Source: Octopus vulgaris
Taxonomy: Eukaryota
NCBI GenBank assembly: GCA_951406725.2
Contig: OX597814.1
Location: 30,876,001-30,940,000 of the forward strand
Reading direction: 5' to 3'
Length of the DNA: 64,000 bases
Positions 1 through 10,811 of this stretch are shown here, piece by piece; the first letter of the stretch is position 1; each line of letters starts with the position of its first letter. The notes under the pieces were generated by a model that had not been told where the DNA came from, ran no database searches, and saw nothing but the letters and a program-made list of their open reading frames with translations. The position numbers were made by a program, and so were the translations under genes.

Positions 1-894
1 TATCTAAGTGAATTCCGAATACAACAAATTTCGGAATTAGAGATAGACATACAAGACACAGGCACAGAAAAGGCTAAGCGCATGAAAACCCGTGCTAAAT
101 CTGCGGCCTTAGATATTCTGAATGATAAATGGCAAGAAAAACCTCTCTATGGCAAATACCCAAAGAGAGCAAATAATGCAGATGTTGACAAAGCCCTGAC
201 CCATCAATGGCTAGTGGCCTCTGGCTTAAAATCTGAAACAGAGGGGTTTATCATAGCAGCTCAAAATCAATGCCTACCAACAAGAAACTACCAGGCCAAC
301 ATATCAAAGATCAGAAGCAGTCCAACGTGTCGTGTATGCCAGCAACAAAATGAAACCATTGACAATGTGGTCTCCAAGTGCAGTCTTCTAGCGCCTACAG
401 AGTATCTCAACAGACACGATAGAGCTGCACAATATATTCACTGGGTAATCTGCAAAAACCTGGATTTGCCCCATGAAAAAAACTGGTGGGAACACAAACC
501 ACTCCCAGTGCTTGAAAATGACAACATCTCACTCCTCTGGAACTTCACCATTCAAACTGACAGAAAGATAGATGCAAATAGGCCAGACATCATATTGAAA
601 GACTTCAAACAAAGAACATGCCTCCTCATTGATATGACTGTCCCAATCGATATAAACGTATCTGTCAAGACCTACCAAAAACTGAGCAAATATAAAGATC
701 TTGAAATAGAAATCAGCAAAATGTGGAAGCTGAAGACTAAAACAATACCTGTTGTCATAGGTGCCCTGGGAATGATAGCAAAAGGGGCTGATAGCTACCT
801 AACTCAGATACCAGGAAACCCAAAAATGGCAGAAATTCAAAAGATAGTGCTCATGGGAACTGCTCATATCCTACGCAAAATACTTTCTATGTAA
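1..894 (+). CDS. C-terminal part of a Dong/R4-clade non-LTR retrotransposon ORF (zinc knuckle plus restriction-like endonuclease); open from the window start
   Basis: Frame is open from base 1. Motifs: ETEGFIIAAQ, CRVC..ETIDNVVSKC (CCHC knuckle with H->N), RHD, RPDIILKD...LIDMTVP, KLSKYKDL, IPVVIGALG. Confidence 0.9.
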   Translation, partial: YLSEFRIQQISELEIDIQDTGTEKAKRMKTRAKSAALDILNDKWQEKPLYGKYPKRANNADVDKALTHQWLVASGLKSETEGFIIAAQNQCLPTRNYQANISKIRSSPTCRVCQQQNETIDNVVSKCSLLAPTEYLNRHDRAAQYIHWVICKNLDLPHEKNWWEHKPLPVLENDNISLLWNFTIQTDRKIDANRPDIILKDFKQRTCLLIDMTVPIDINVSVKTYQKLSKYKDLEIEISKMWKLKTKTIPVVIGALGMIAKGADSYLTQIPGNPKMAEIQKIVLMGTAHILRKILSM

Positions 895-1125
895 TCTCAA
901 GGTTTAAAACAAACATAATTTCCGGTTTAAAAAAAAAAAATTTATTATTATTTTTATTTATTTATTATTTTTTTTTTAGACATTCATTAGTACAACACCA
1001 AAAACTTCCCCCAAATATATCGCACACTAGGCATAACAACAACATGAACTTCCAACCTGTTGTCTCTTGAGGTCTCTGGGTGAGACTTGGAGCCAACTTG
1101 TACAAATATAAAGCAAAAGTCAAAC
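1..1125 (+). mobile_element. 3' end of a Dong/R4-like RLE retrotransposon including the 3' UTR
   Basis: ORF stops at 894; ~230 bp UTR runs directly into (TAA)n, the known target of Dong elements. Confidence 0.85.
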
Positions 1126-1199
1126 AAATAATAATAATAATAATAATAATAGTAAAAATAATAATAATAATAGTAATAATAATAATAATAGTAATAATA

Positions 1200-1238
<39 letters not shown>

Positions 1239-1256
1239 GTAATAATAATAATAATA
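1126..1256. repeat. (TAA)n microsatellite
   Basis: Direct reading. Confidence 0.95.
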
Positions 1257-1803
1257 GATGCAGTACCAGGTAGTGGCTCTCGTGGCCTCTGATCTTAACT
1301 GAATGGAAGTGTTATCATGTACATTGTTTTGTCTTGGTATAAAAGATGGGCCACAGCAAATATTCTGCTCAATACCACAGATTTGCTTGTCAGTTGCCTG
1401 ACCTTAAGCAGTTGAGCATGTCCCTTAGTTGCTGACAGTATATGCATCTCTGATCACGAGCAGAAGTAGTGGGGGAGCATCATAGCCATGTGTTGAGAGG
1501 GATTCTTTGGGGTTTGAATAATTCACCTCTGAAAGACGGGTGTTTCATTCAACATCCTTAAACAACCCTTATTTAGGGACCTTTTGAGCGGGATGGATTA
1601 CTCGACATGAACAAAATTCTAACTGGGTCCCACCTGCAAGGTCATGTGCTGTTTATATTGATATGAGATCACCATGTCGCACACATATGGTTGTGAAGCA
1701 TGTGCCTGGTGTACCCTTATCAGACGGGTAGTCATGATGGGTATACTGGGCTTCGAATACTTTACCCCAGTGTCACTTTGATGGCAAGCACTGCTCTCTC
1801 ACT
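1257..1803 (+). mobile_element. ~545 bp non-coding non-autonomous element flanked by (TAA)n, copy 1
   Basis: Aligns along its whole length with the reverse complement of 4017-4552; TAA repeats on both sides; orientation is arbitrary. Confidence 0.8.
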
Positions 1804-1831
1804 AAATAATAATAATAATAATAGTAATAAT

Positions 1832-1911
1832 AAGGTCAAGCAATTGACAAGCAAATGTGTGGTATTGAGCAGAATATTTGCTGTAGCCCATCTTTTATAC
1901 CAAGACAAAAC
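1832..1911 (-). mobile_element. Fragment of the same ~545 bp element
   Basis: Reverse complement of ~1326-1405. Confidence 0.8.
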
Positions 1912-1924
1912 GTGATGATGATGT

Positions 1925-2107
1925 TGAGAATAACCGGACGCTGTTGTAGTGAATAAAAAAGAAAGAACTTGTATGATAATCGACATAGCATGCCTTTGTG
2001 ATAAAAGGATCAATATGAAGAAAAAATAAACATCTATGACGATTTGAAGTGTGAAATACGAAAGTTGTAGTCAATGAAGAGAGTAGACCTGATGCAAATG
2101 GTAATTA
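1925..2107 (+). pseudogene. Decayed Dong/R4-type RLE domain fragment
   Basis: Translates as PDAVVVNKKERTCMIIDIAC...YDDLKCEIRKL, with stops. Confidence 0.75.
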
Positions 2108-2289
2108 TTTTCCACAATAGGCACAAGGCCTGAAATTCTGGGGGGGGGGGGGAGGTAAGTCCATTACATCGACCTCAGTACTCAACTCGAAATTTCCCAA
2201 GACGCCTGATGAAGGCTGGATAGTTAAAAACAAATATCCATCAAATGTAAATAATGTACATAATTCCTCATCTCTTCAACATAGAACTC

Positions 2290-2745
2290 TTGCCAACCAA
2301 TCGGCTGTTTTCGTATGAACTCTCATAATTTCCTTGAATATGAGTATCATTTGGAGGTCGTGATGAATTCCCATACATGCTCTGATAAGTTTTGGTAGGA
2401 TACGTCTGTGCGTCTAATCCAGTCTGCAGTTTCATTGTAAGTCTTTTCATCACCCCAGATATTTTTCCAGAAGTTTTCAACTTTTTCCATGGCGTAGGTG
2501 GGGGTGGCGGTCTTGAACGGTTATTTTCTCCTTCCTTGTTTCTCTGTAGAATGTTTTCGCATAGGATGTGACCAGCTTATTTCGCTTGTAAAATTTCTTT
2601 CTCTTCTGATATCTTTGAGCTTTTGCTTGGATTTTTTGTTGGAGGGATTCTTTTGCTGAAAGTAATTCTTCTCTTGGTGAAAATCTGTTTTCTTTTCATC
2701 TTTCTCCCTTATCTGGTTTTTACATCGTTTTTATTATTATACTTC
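2290..2745 (-). pseudogene. Decayed Dong/R4-type ORF fragment (region upstream of RT)
   Basis: VENFWKNIWGDEKTYNETADW motif on the minus strand. Confidence 0.55.
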
Positions 2746-2758
2746 CGGGTCAATAAGC

Positions 2759-2805
<47 letters not shown>

Positions 2806-3002
2806 ATTATTATTATTATTAGTAGTAGTAGTAGTAGTAGTAGTATCATTATTATTATTATTAGCAGCAAAAAAAGAAGCGTGCCATTGTTATCTAATGA
2901 ACAATATTTCCACATCTCGTGTGTCTTCCAATCTTCCAAAGGTTCATAAAATAAACTTGTCAATGTACTTCCTTTTGGTATTATTATTATCATTATTATT
3001 AA

Positions 3003-3079
<77 letters not shown>

Positions 3080-3080
3080 G
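2759..3080. repeat. (TTA)n/(TAG)n microsatellites
   Basis: Tracts at 2759-2862 and ~2978-3080. Confidence 0.9.
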
Positions 3081-3382
3081 TTTTCTATCATTATAACTTT
3101 ATTTCAGCTGCCTTGGTACCGGGCATCCTCCGGAGGCCAAGAGTCGCAAGGGCACTTTGTTTTGCTACGCATCCTAAAATCATCACCACATTTGTTCCAT
3201 TTTAGATGGAAAGTGCTTTCCGTAGTATATAGGCTGTACTCATCAAGGTTATCTTTTGTAGTTCACGGAGATTGGAGTTACCAGGGAGTTGCTTAATATA
3301 CTTCTCAGCTCCCTTCTTTATCATTCCCAACACACCAATTACTACTGGTATTATCGTAGTACTAGGCTTCCACATTATCATT
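3080..3382 (-). mobile_element. 3' end of a second Dong/R4 family member
   Basis: MWKPSTTIIPVVIGVLGMIKKGAEKYIKQLPGNSNLRELQKITLMSTAYILRKALSI*, then a short UTR ending at the TAA tract. Confidence 0.85.
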
Positions 3383-3619
3383 ATTTACATTTAATCCACG
3401 TTTGCTACAATCACTCGCCGGGACACACCCTGCATCCTAGGGCGAATGAAGGATAAGAGATGTTACAGTATGACTGAAAGCTTGAGGAGGGAGAGTGGCA
3501 GGGAGAGCGGCGAAATATCTTCATGTAATATAATACATACATTTAAAATGATAGAGTTTTCTAAGGATGTGGGCAGTACTTGTCAGCACAATCTTTTGGA
3601 TCTCTCTGAGACATGGTTC

Positions 3620-3960
3620 ACCTGGGATATTATCTAGATGTTTCTGACATTGCTTTCTAGTGCACCCAAAATAACAGAAACAGTTCTCGCTTTAAGGTTC
3701 TACATCTTTTGAATTTCAATTTCCAGGTCCTAATATTTACTTACTTTGTCAAATTTCTTTACAGATACATTTTCATCACTCGGAACACTTACATTTATTA
3801 GTCTACAAGTATCTTCTTCTCAGTTTTTAATGACTATGTTTGGTCGAACAGCCTGGATCATTCTGTCGGTGTTGACTGCAAAATCCCAGAGAATAGTGAC
3901 ATTTTTACTTTCAACGACTGGCCCAAAATGATGTTCATACCAGTGAGAAGAAGGGCCAAT
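3620..3960 (-). pseudogene. Decayed Dong/R4-type RLE domain
   Basis: WYEHH..VVESKNVTILWDF..TDRMIQAVRPNIV...KVSKY*DLEIEIQKM...VILGAL. Confidence 0.85.
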
Positions 3961-4016
3961 TTTGTAGTGTTTATATATTTTCCAATGAAAATACTGTCAT
4001 TATTGCTATTATTATT

Positions 4017-4552
4017 GAGGGAGAGAGCAGTGTATGTCATCAAAGTGACACAGGGGTAAAATATACGAAGCCCAGTATACCCATCTGATAAGGGTACACT
4101 AAGCACATGCTTCACAACTATATGTGCGCGACATGGTGATCTCATATCAAGATAAACAGCGCACGACCTTGCAGGTGGAGCCCAGTTAGAATTTTGTTCC
4201 TGTCGAGTAACCCATCCCGCTCAAAAGGTCCCTGAATAAGGATTGTTTAAGGATGTTGAACGAAACACGCATGTTTCCAGAGGTGAATTGTTCAAACCCC
4301 AAAGATTCCCTCTCAACACATGGCTATGATGCTCCCCCACTACTTCTGCTCGTGATCAGAGATGCACATATCGTCAGCCACTAAGGGACTTGCTCAACTG
4401 GTTACGGTCAAACAACTGACAAGCAAATCTATGGTTTTGAGCAGAATATTTGCTGTGGCCCATCTTTTACACCAAGGTAAAACAATGTCCATGATAACAC
4501 TTCCAATCAGTTAAGATCAGAAGCCACGAGAGGCACTGCCTGGTACTGTATC
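4017..4552 (-). mobile_element. ~545 bp TAA-flanked non-autonomous element, copy 2
   Basis: Inverted, diverged copy of 1257-1803 with its own TTA flanks. Confidence 0.8.
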
Positions 4553-4585
<33 letters not shown>

Positions 4586-5770
4586 CATCATCATCATTAT
4601 TATTATTGCACCACATATGGTGCGATTCCTCCACAAGGGTTATTAAAATGCATAAACTGTTGTACAACTGTTGTTTAACGTTGTGAATATAGAGGTTAAA
4701 ATATCATTGCTCTTATACACAACAAATGCAATCTATTACCACTATACATAGTTGATACAATATATCAGACGACAGAAATAAAATATTCTCTTTTGCTATC
4801 ACATACATACAGATATTAACATTACCTTATCACAAATACATACTTATATACACAATCATACGTGTAAATGATTAGTCAGGTATGCAGAAATAGAGTTACA
4901 AATTATCTATGTATGTCTACATTAATATCTATAAATGTCTATAATGCTTTTGTTTATTAGAGCTGACAAAAGATCGCAATTGCATATGGCTTCATTTATT
5001 TTACATCTGCGTGGTTTCATTCATATCTCTAAAGAATGGTTTATTTTAAAGCTGTGGTGATATACCTTCACGAAAAAAAAAAAAAAAATCTACAGAAATG
5101 AATTTACTATTTTATGCGGAATCAAGTCAGGAATTCACTAACATTAACTATTAAGTAGCTTCCGGTGATTAATTCGAATTCCTATTTTATCACGTTTGGT
5201 TTTATGAATAAGTTATACGAAATATAAATGGTTGCATTTTCTAAAATTCTTAAGGCTCGCTGTCTGCTCTGTTGTATGTAAAACAATAAGACGTCCATTT
5301 CTTTGGAATTTATTTAGTGATATCTTGTTTCCTTCTGTTTTCTCTTTTTAACCATTTATTCCTTTACCGGAATGAAAGTGTACGTACAATATATTGAGGA
5401 AATGTTCAATAAGAAAAGACAAAAGAATTGCATGTTATTAATTCTGTTTCTTTTCTTTCTGTTTAGATATTTCTTCCTTTCTGCGGTCTCAAATATGCTT
5501 TCACTAATATTTTGTTTGATATGATATATTTAGTGTAGTTACAATATATTGGTATTTTTTTAATAAACAAGCATACATAGACGCACATACACATACACAG
5601 ACACAAAAACACACACATACTAATACTCATGCATGATCAGTGGTTCTTAGTAAAACTTCATCGCGAAAAAAGTATCAAATTATGAATATAGCGAGAGTGT
5701 ATAACGTAAGATATCATTAGTGTATAAAGGAGAGGCGACAGAATCAGGGATAACAAAAGTGAGTGAGTTA

Positions 5771-5773
<3 letters not shown>

Positions 5774-5862
<89 letters not shown>
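5774..5862. repeat. (GA)n microsatellite
   Basis: Direct reading. Confidence 0.95.
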
Positions 5863-5863
<1 letters not shown>

Positions 5864-6233
5864 GTAAAAAATTATGGCTAGTGGGAGGAAGGAGTATGAC
5901 AGAAATATTAATCGGATGAAAGGAGAAACGGAGCGACAGCTTTGGGTAGTAACGGTGAAGTAAAGAGGGTAATGCTGTTGTGAGGCTAAAGCCTCATCCA
6001 TCGGCATATAAGAATGTACTTACATTCATGTAGACACGGTGTAAATCCTCTGTCTGGTGATGTCTATACTAAGTAGATACGTTGTAACTGAGTTTGTAAG
6101 GAAAATATGTGATTGTATAAGAGTGGAAGAGAGATAGAGAGGAAAGGAACTGTATATTTTATAGGATGGTGGTGAAGAATAGAGGATCACAAAGACAATT
6201 CTTTTGTTCTACGAAGTTGGCAATCATAATTTG

Positions 6234-6280
<47 letters not shown>

Positions 6281-6283
<3 letters not shown>

Positions 6284-6458
6284 TAAAACTCGCCAAGAAG
6301 GTCTTAAAACCACCTGAAGAATGTCGCAAAGATATGCTGACACGAAACGATCGTAGTGGTTATTTATAATTGTTAAATTTTAATTTATATAAATTATTTT
6401 ATGTATTGGCTTAAGTCTTTCTTTGTTTGATTTGCATAATAGTGGTTTTGTCTCTAAT
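6281..6458 (+). mobile_element. Short PLE pseudo-LTR-like module between two (TA)n tracts
   Basis: Carries a hammerhead motif; its 3' end (tttgatttgcataatagtggttttgtctctaat) matches the reverse complement of 32793-32835. Confidence 0.7.
6308..6361 (+). ncRNA. Minimal type I hammerhead ribozyme motif
   Basis: aaccac CTGAAGA a-tgtcgca aagata tgctgaca-c GAAA cgatcg TA gtggtt: 6 bp stem I, intact core, palindromic stem III, GUA triplet. Confidence 0.8.
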
Positions 6459-6461
6459 ATA

Positions 6462-6518
<57 letters not shown>

Positions 6519-6598
6519 AATTGCAGCGTGGAAGGTGTTTATAAGCCATTTAAGAGACACAGAAAAACTGTTAGATTCATTTCAACATTTAAATTTAA

Positions 6599-6648
6599 TT
6601 TGCCAAAATATTTCGTCGCTTTGAGACCGCGACCTGTTTACTGACAAA
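6599..6648 (-). ncRNA. Variant hammerhead-like motif (G3-C8 swap, G5A)
   Basis: tttgtca GTAAACA g gtcgc ggtctcaaa gcgac GAAA tat TT tggcaaa: stems I and II pair; core is non-canonical. Confidence 0.45.
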
Positions 6649-6704
6649 ATTCCGTGTTGCATCTATATATTTCCAATTAAAACTACAAAATATTTATGTA
6701 TATA

Positions 6705-6975
6705 TTTATTTTTGCTGATTTTACACAAACGCGGCGGCATTGCTGGGGCACCGCCTCTAGTGTGACAAATTTTCAGATTTTCTTTCCCAAACTGTTTGTG
6801 GTGGAGTAGCGAGTTGGCTAGAGTTGTTCTTCTTTGTGCTTTCTGTCACCATGTGAATTAATCTGGTACCTCAAGAAAAAATTATGGAAATTTTCTTTTA
6901 AAAGTATCCACATCTACACCTCGTAGATCTCTGGGGATGTTTATTAGAATGTTAACGAGTTGTAGGTTCTTGAAA
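6705..6975 (-). mobile_element. CR1-type LINE 3' remnant
   Basis: RDLRGVDVDTFKRK..EVPD...ANSLLH; tail ggcggtgccccagcaatgccgc is homologous to 34449-34470. Confidence 0.65.
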
Positions 6976-7714
6976 GCTATATATATATATATATATAGTG
7001 GTCAAAATGAAATGTAATATATAATATCGATAATTTCGAAATCAATCAGTTAAATGCTTAAACAATGTTTACGAAGGTAGCAAAGCAGAGTTCTACTTTG
7101 ATACGCATGTGTTTGTGAATCATTTGAAAAGAAAGTGACTTTATCCGAATACTTTCTCTTAATATTCTAGTGTATTTAAAGAATTCATCACTGAGTTTCT
7201 ATTATCTCAGAACTCTTATCAAGTGAATCTTGAGTGAATGGAGAAAGAAATTAATATTTAATGCCTTGTATTGCATGAGGATTAAAATCCATAATTATAT
7301 CCTGTAATTATCCATAGAACATGCTAAATGAAACTTGATGCCAAAGGACATATATATTTCTGTGACCATCTCTTCTGAAGTCGTGATGCTAATTATATTT
7401 CTACTGTTTAAAGTTGTCGACGTGTATATTGCTCCGTACTTTACAATATTGCAATCTAAGGTTCGGATAGCCTACAGAATATAACGGCATTATTAAAGCC
7501 TAAGCGCTAATTCTGATGCAGGCTTTAACAGTGCTAATATAGTTCTATAAATTTCGAGTAGAGGCAACAAGCTTTCCTTTGGCGGTCGGAATGCTCTATG
7601 AATGTTCTACATATACATATACACGTATATAGGTGTATGTATATAAATATATACACATGCATAGTTATATATGCATAGAAATATATGTAATATATGTATA
7701 TGCTCGTAATGACA

Positions 7715-9642
7715 TGTGTTTCAAATTTGGAAGAAATGGATATTTCCTAAATCACATACTCTTCATGGATAACGTAAAGATATTGATAAATTCTGAAGAA
7801 GAGGTCAGTTCACTTAATAATATAGTAAAACTGTATTGCATTAATACTGGAATAGAATTTAGTATTTCAAAGTGTGCAATCTTAGTTATGAAGAGAGGGA
7901 AGTGAGCATAGTATAAAATTACTAGAAGTACGGATTTTAGAACTTGATGAAAACGGCTACAAGTATTTAGACATACCGGAATTCGATGTTGAAATATTAT
8001 ATTTGAAAATATAGTTGGTATTAAAGTCCAAATTTAATATAAATGATTTGAAAAATGCGATCAACACAGGGATAGCTGTCGCCGTGCATTAAAGTGGAAT
8101 TTGCTAGTCCAATAGTGAACTCGACGAAAGATAAAATAAATACGTTAAACAGAAAACGAGGACAATTCTAACTGTACAGGGAATACATCATTTGATGGCA
8201 AATATCAGCTGCTTATGCATTAAATGGGAGGCAGGAGGATGAGGATTTATTAGCATTTATAATTGTACAAATCATGAAAGGTCAGTAAACAACTACCATA
8301 CAAAGAGTCAAGTCCAACTTAAATGCTGCGATATGCTTAGCACTGATTTTTGTTGAGCCTGAAAAGAAGAAATCACGTTGAAGTAGTATAATCTGTGAAA
8401 GAAAGGAAATGCTAGAAGAAATGCGATTACATGGATAGTTCATATGCACACAGAGGAGTAACTCCAGAAATGAGATTTAAAGAAAGAAACTGAAAGTGTG
8501 TTCGTAAGTGCTCAACGTCAAGCTATAAGCAACATTTCGTCTATGTAATCAGCAAATGGAAAATATTGAGTATACTGTAGCAGGCTGTAAAATGTTATCT
8601 AAAGAATAATACGAGTGAGGTCATGATAACGTTTTTATCTTAACTGCCAAATTTTTTTTATTCATATGTTTGGGTTTTGCCAGGTGTCTTAGGAGTTAAA
8701 ATAATATATAGTATTTAAATTTTCTTCATAAGTGAATTATTTTGGAAATTATGATAAATTTTTCGAAAAGTCCCAAATGGGGATCACTGAAAAAAATAAA
8801 GCATATTTATCTTTTTCTATTAAATTGCAATAAAAAACATTTTAGTTTTTTTTAAAAACTATAGTATCAAATGAAATATCAATGAATGATATAGATGGGA
8901 AATGCCAAATAAAAAAAAAAAAAGTTTTCAGAACAGTCAATATTTTTGTAGTTCAAAAATTGCGGTTTATGCCATAAAAGGTACTCTAGAATTAGCTAGA
9001 TCTAATAATGACAAACTTTAACTACTAAATATTATTAAACGCACCTCTGCAAATGCAATGTACATAAGCAATTCACTTTAAATACAACGAACAGCCGGTA
9101 GTGTGACTGTTTTTAGTAGATCTCCAAATGGGGCTCATGGCAGGCAATGGGTTAATCTACAACGGTAAGTCTGTGAAAAAATATGAATACAACATAACAC
9201 TTCAGATAAATTGTGCTATCTTGTTCTAAGAAACATTTTTTAAACGAATCTTATAAAGGAAAATTCTATGGGATTTTGATATTTAGTTCAGTGGGATTTA
9301 GTTCCATGGAATTTTGATATTTAGATAGACAGCAATTGAACACCGGAGACCTGATATCAGTATACATGACATAAACAATGAGAATGCTTTATATAATATA
9401 TTGCAATTCCTTCAGTAAAAAACGTGCAGAGAATGAAGTAGAAACAAATTCAAAATATACTGATTTAAATAGGGAAAGGCCCAGCTTTGAACGTGCAAGT
9501 TGTAGCAGTTATCATTAGAGCATTAGGCCGAGTCTCCTCAATCTGTCTTAACGTTTCGACATCAAGACAGGCATGCGTGAGCTCCAACATTCTTCTATCC
9601 TCGAGGCAACTGATATTGTCAGAGAAGTTACCTTCCGTCTAA
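7715..9642 (+). mobile_element. Decayed Dong/R4-type element (RT to RLE), split by the insertion at 8644-9151
   Basis: NHILFMDNVK, SKCAILVMKRGK, GYKYL, ETESVFVSAQ, HDN / VCEKY, KILWDFD, HRRPDI; many stops and frameshifts. Confidence 0.8.
8644..9151. mobile_element. piggyBac-type non-autonomous insertion with TTAA target duplication
   Basis: TTAA at 8640-8643 and 9152-9155; right end tggcaggcaatGGG-TTAA; left end retains ctgcca only; ccaaatgggg repeated internally; host element resumes on both sides. Confidence 0.6.
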
Positions 9643-9789
9643 CGCTTTTCGTTAATGGTTACCATGTTGGAAAAATCCAGCAAAATTGTACTTTATGCCC
9701 ATAATGTGAAATCAAATATGATGATGATGGTGAAATCAATTTATGAGCTTGTTTGTACGTGGAAAGTATCTGCTATATATGTTGTTATG

Positions 9790-9891
9790 GTTGTTTGTTC
9801 CTTCTCAAGCCATGCCTGGCTCACAAGGGCCGGTTTCCCGGTTTCGTTGGCGTATAGGTTCCCCACCTGGACGAGACGCCGGTCCGTCGCA
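9790..9891 (-). mobile_element. SINE 3' fragment (V-domain-like)
   Basis: tgcgacggaccggcgtctcgtccagg resembles the conserved V-type SINE core as I recall it. Confidence 0.45.
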
Positions 9892-10811
9892 ATCTGCTAT
9901 ATATAGATGATTTCACATTATTCAATAGAAATGGAAACAGACATGAATTCCCTTAGCCAATCAGATCGAATATTTAGCAAGGGTTTCGGTATGCTGTTTG
10001 GAGTGAATAAGTGTATACAATTCATTATAAAGGGAGGTAAAAAAGAAATTAAATATGATGGGATAATGATCCCAGTAAATAATTACTGAAAGATAAAGAG
10101 CGATACAAGTGGCTGGGTGTGCTAACATAAATATAAGGTAATGGAAAGGTAAATGAGAGAGGAAGCCTCGAAAAGGTACGAAAGATGGTTTAAGAAGGTA
10201 CTTTAAATAAAACTAAATGGAGGTAATATCATTACGGTAATGAATATGTGGATCATACCAGATTTGAAATACTTTTTTAGCGTAGACGAAACCGAAGTTG
10301 GATAAAACAAAGACGCTTTTCAACAAGGACGCACGTCACCTTAAAAGTAATATGGATAGGCTCAATTTATCAAGAAGGAAAAGGCGACAGAGTCTTGTTA
10401 AATGCAAAAGAAACTGTCATTGCTGCAATTTTAAAAATAATTGTTTTTTACACATTGAAGACTCTTACTTACGGACAGAAATCTCGCAGAAATCTCCGAA
10501 ATACTGACTGATTTAATGAACTGAAAGAACAACACTTGACAAATAGCTGTAACGAGAAAGAACTACTTGTCAAATTTATGAAGCAAACAAAGGATGTTAC
10601 ATGTGAAGAACAAAGGTCATGGTTGAGAAATGAAAACTCGAAAAACTGGCTCGCAAATTATAGTTGTTAAGGAACAAGCAATCTGAATAAATTTGTAAAA
10701 GACAAAGACCAGTAAAATTCAGACTGAAAATAGAGAATGAGTGGAAAAGAAGACGAACGTATTGACCATCTTCTAAGTCAGTGCAGTGTGCTACCACAAA
10801 AGGAACATATA

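Noticed and set aside
1265-1300. HDV-like ribozyme (GCC-TCTCGT-GGC in copy 2)
   Set aside because: The P3 pairing is absent in copy 1 and I could not place P4 or the catalytic C.
2200-2290. Hammerhead at cCTGATGAaggctgg
   Set aside because: No GAAA or stem III follows; at most a deleted remnant. The same holds for CTGATGA hits near 25626, 27350 (minus strand) and 48533.
1257-4552. Composite transposon with 545 bp terminal inverted repeats
   Set aside because: Each copy has its own TAA flanks on both sides, they are clearly diverged, and the interior is a patchwork of unrelated Dong fragments.
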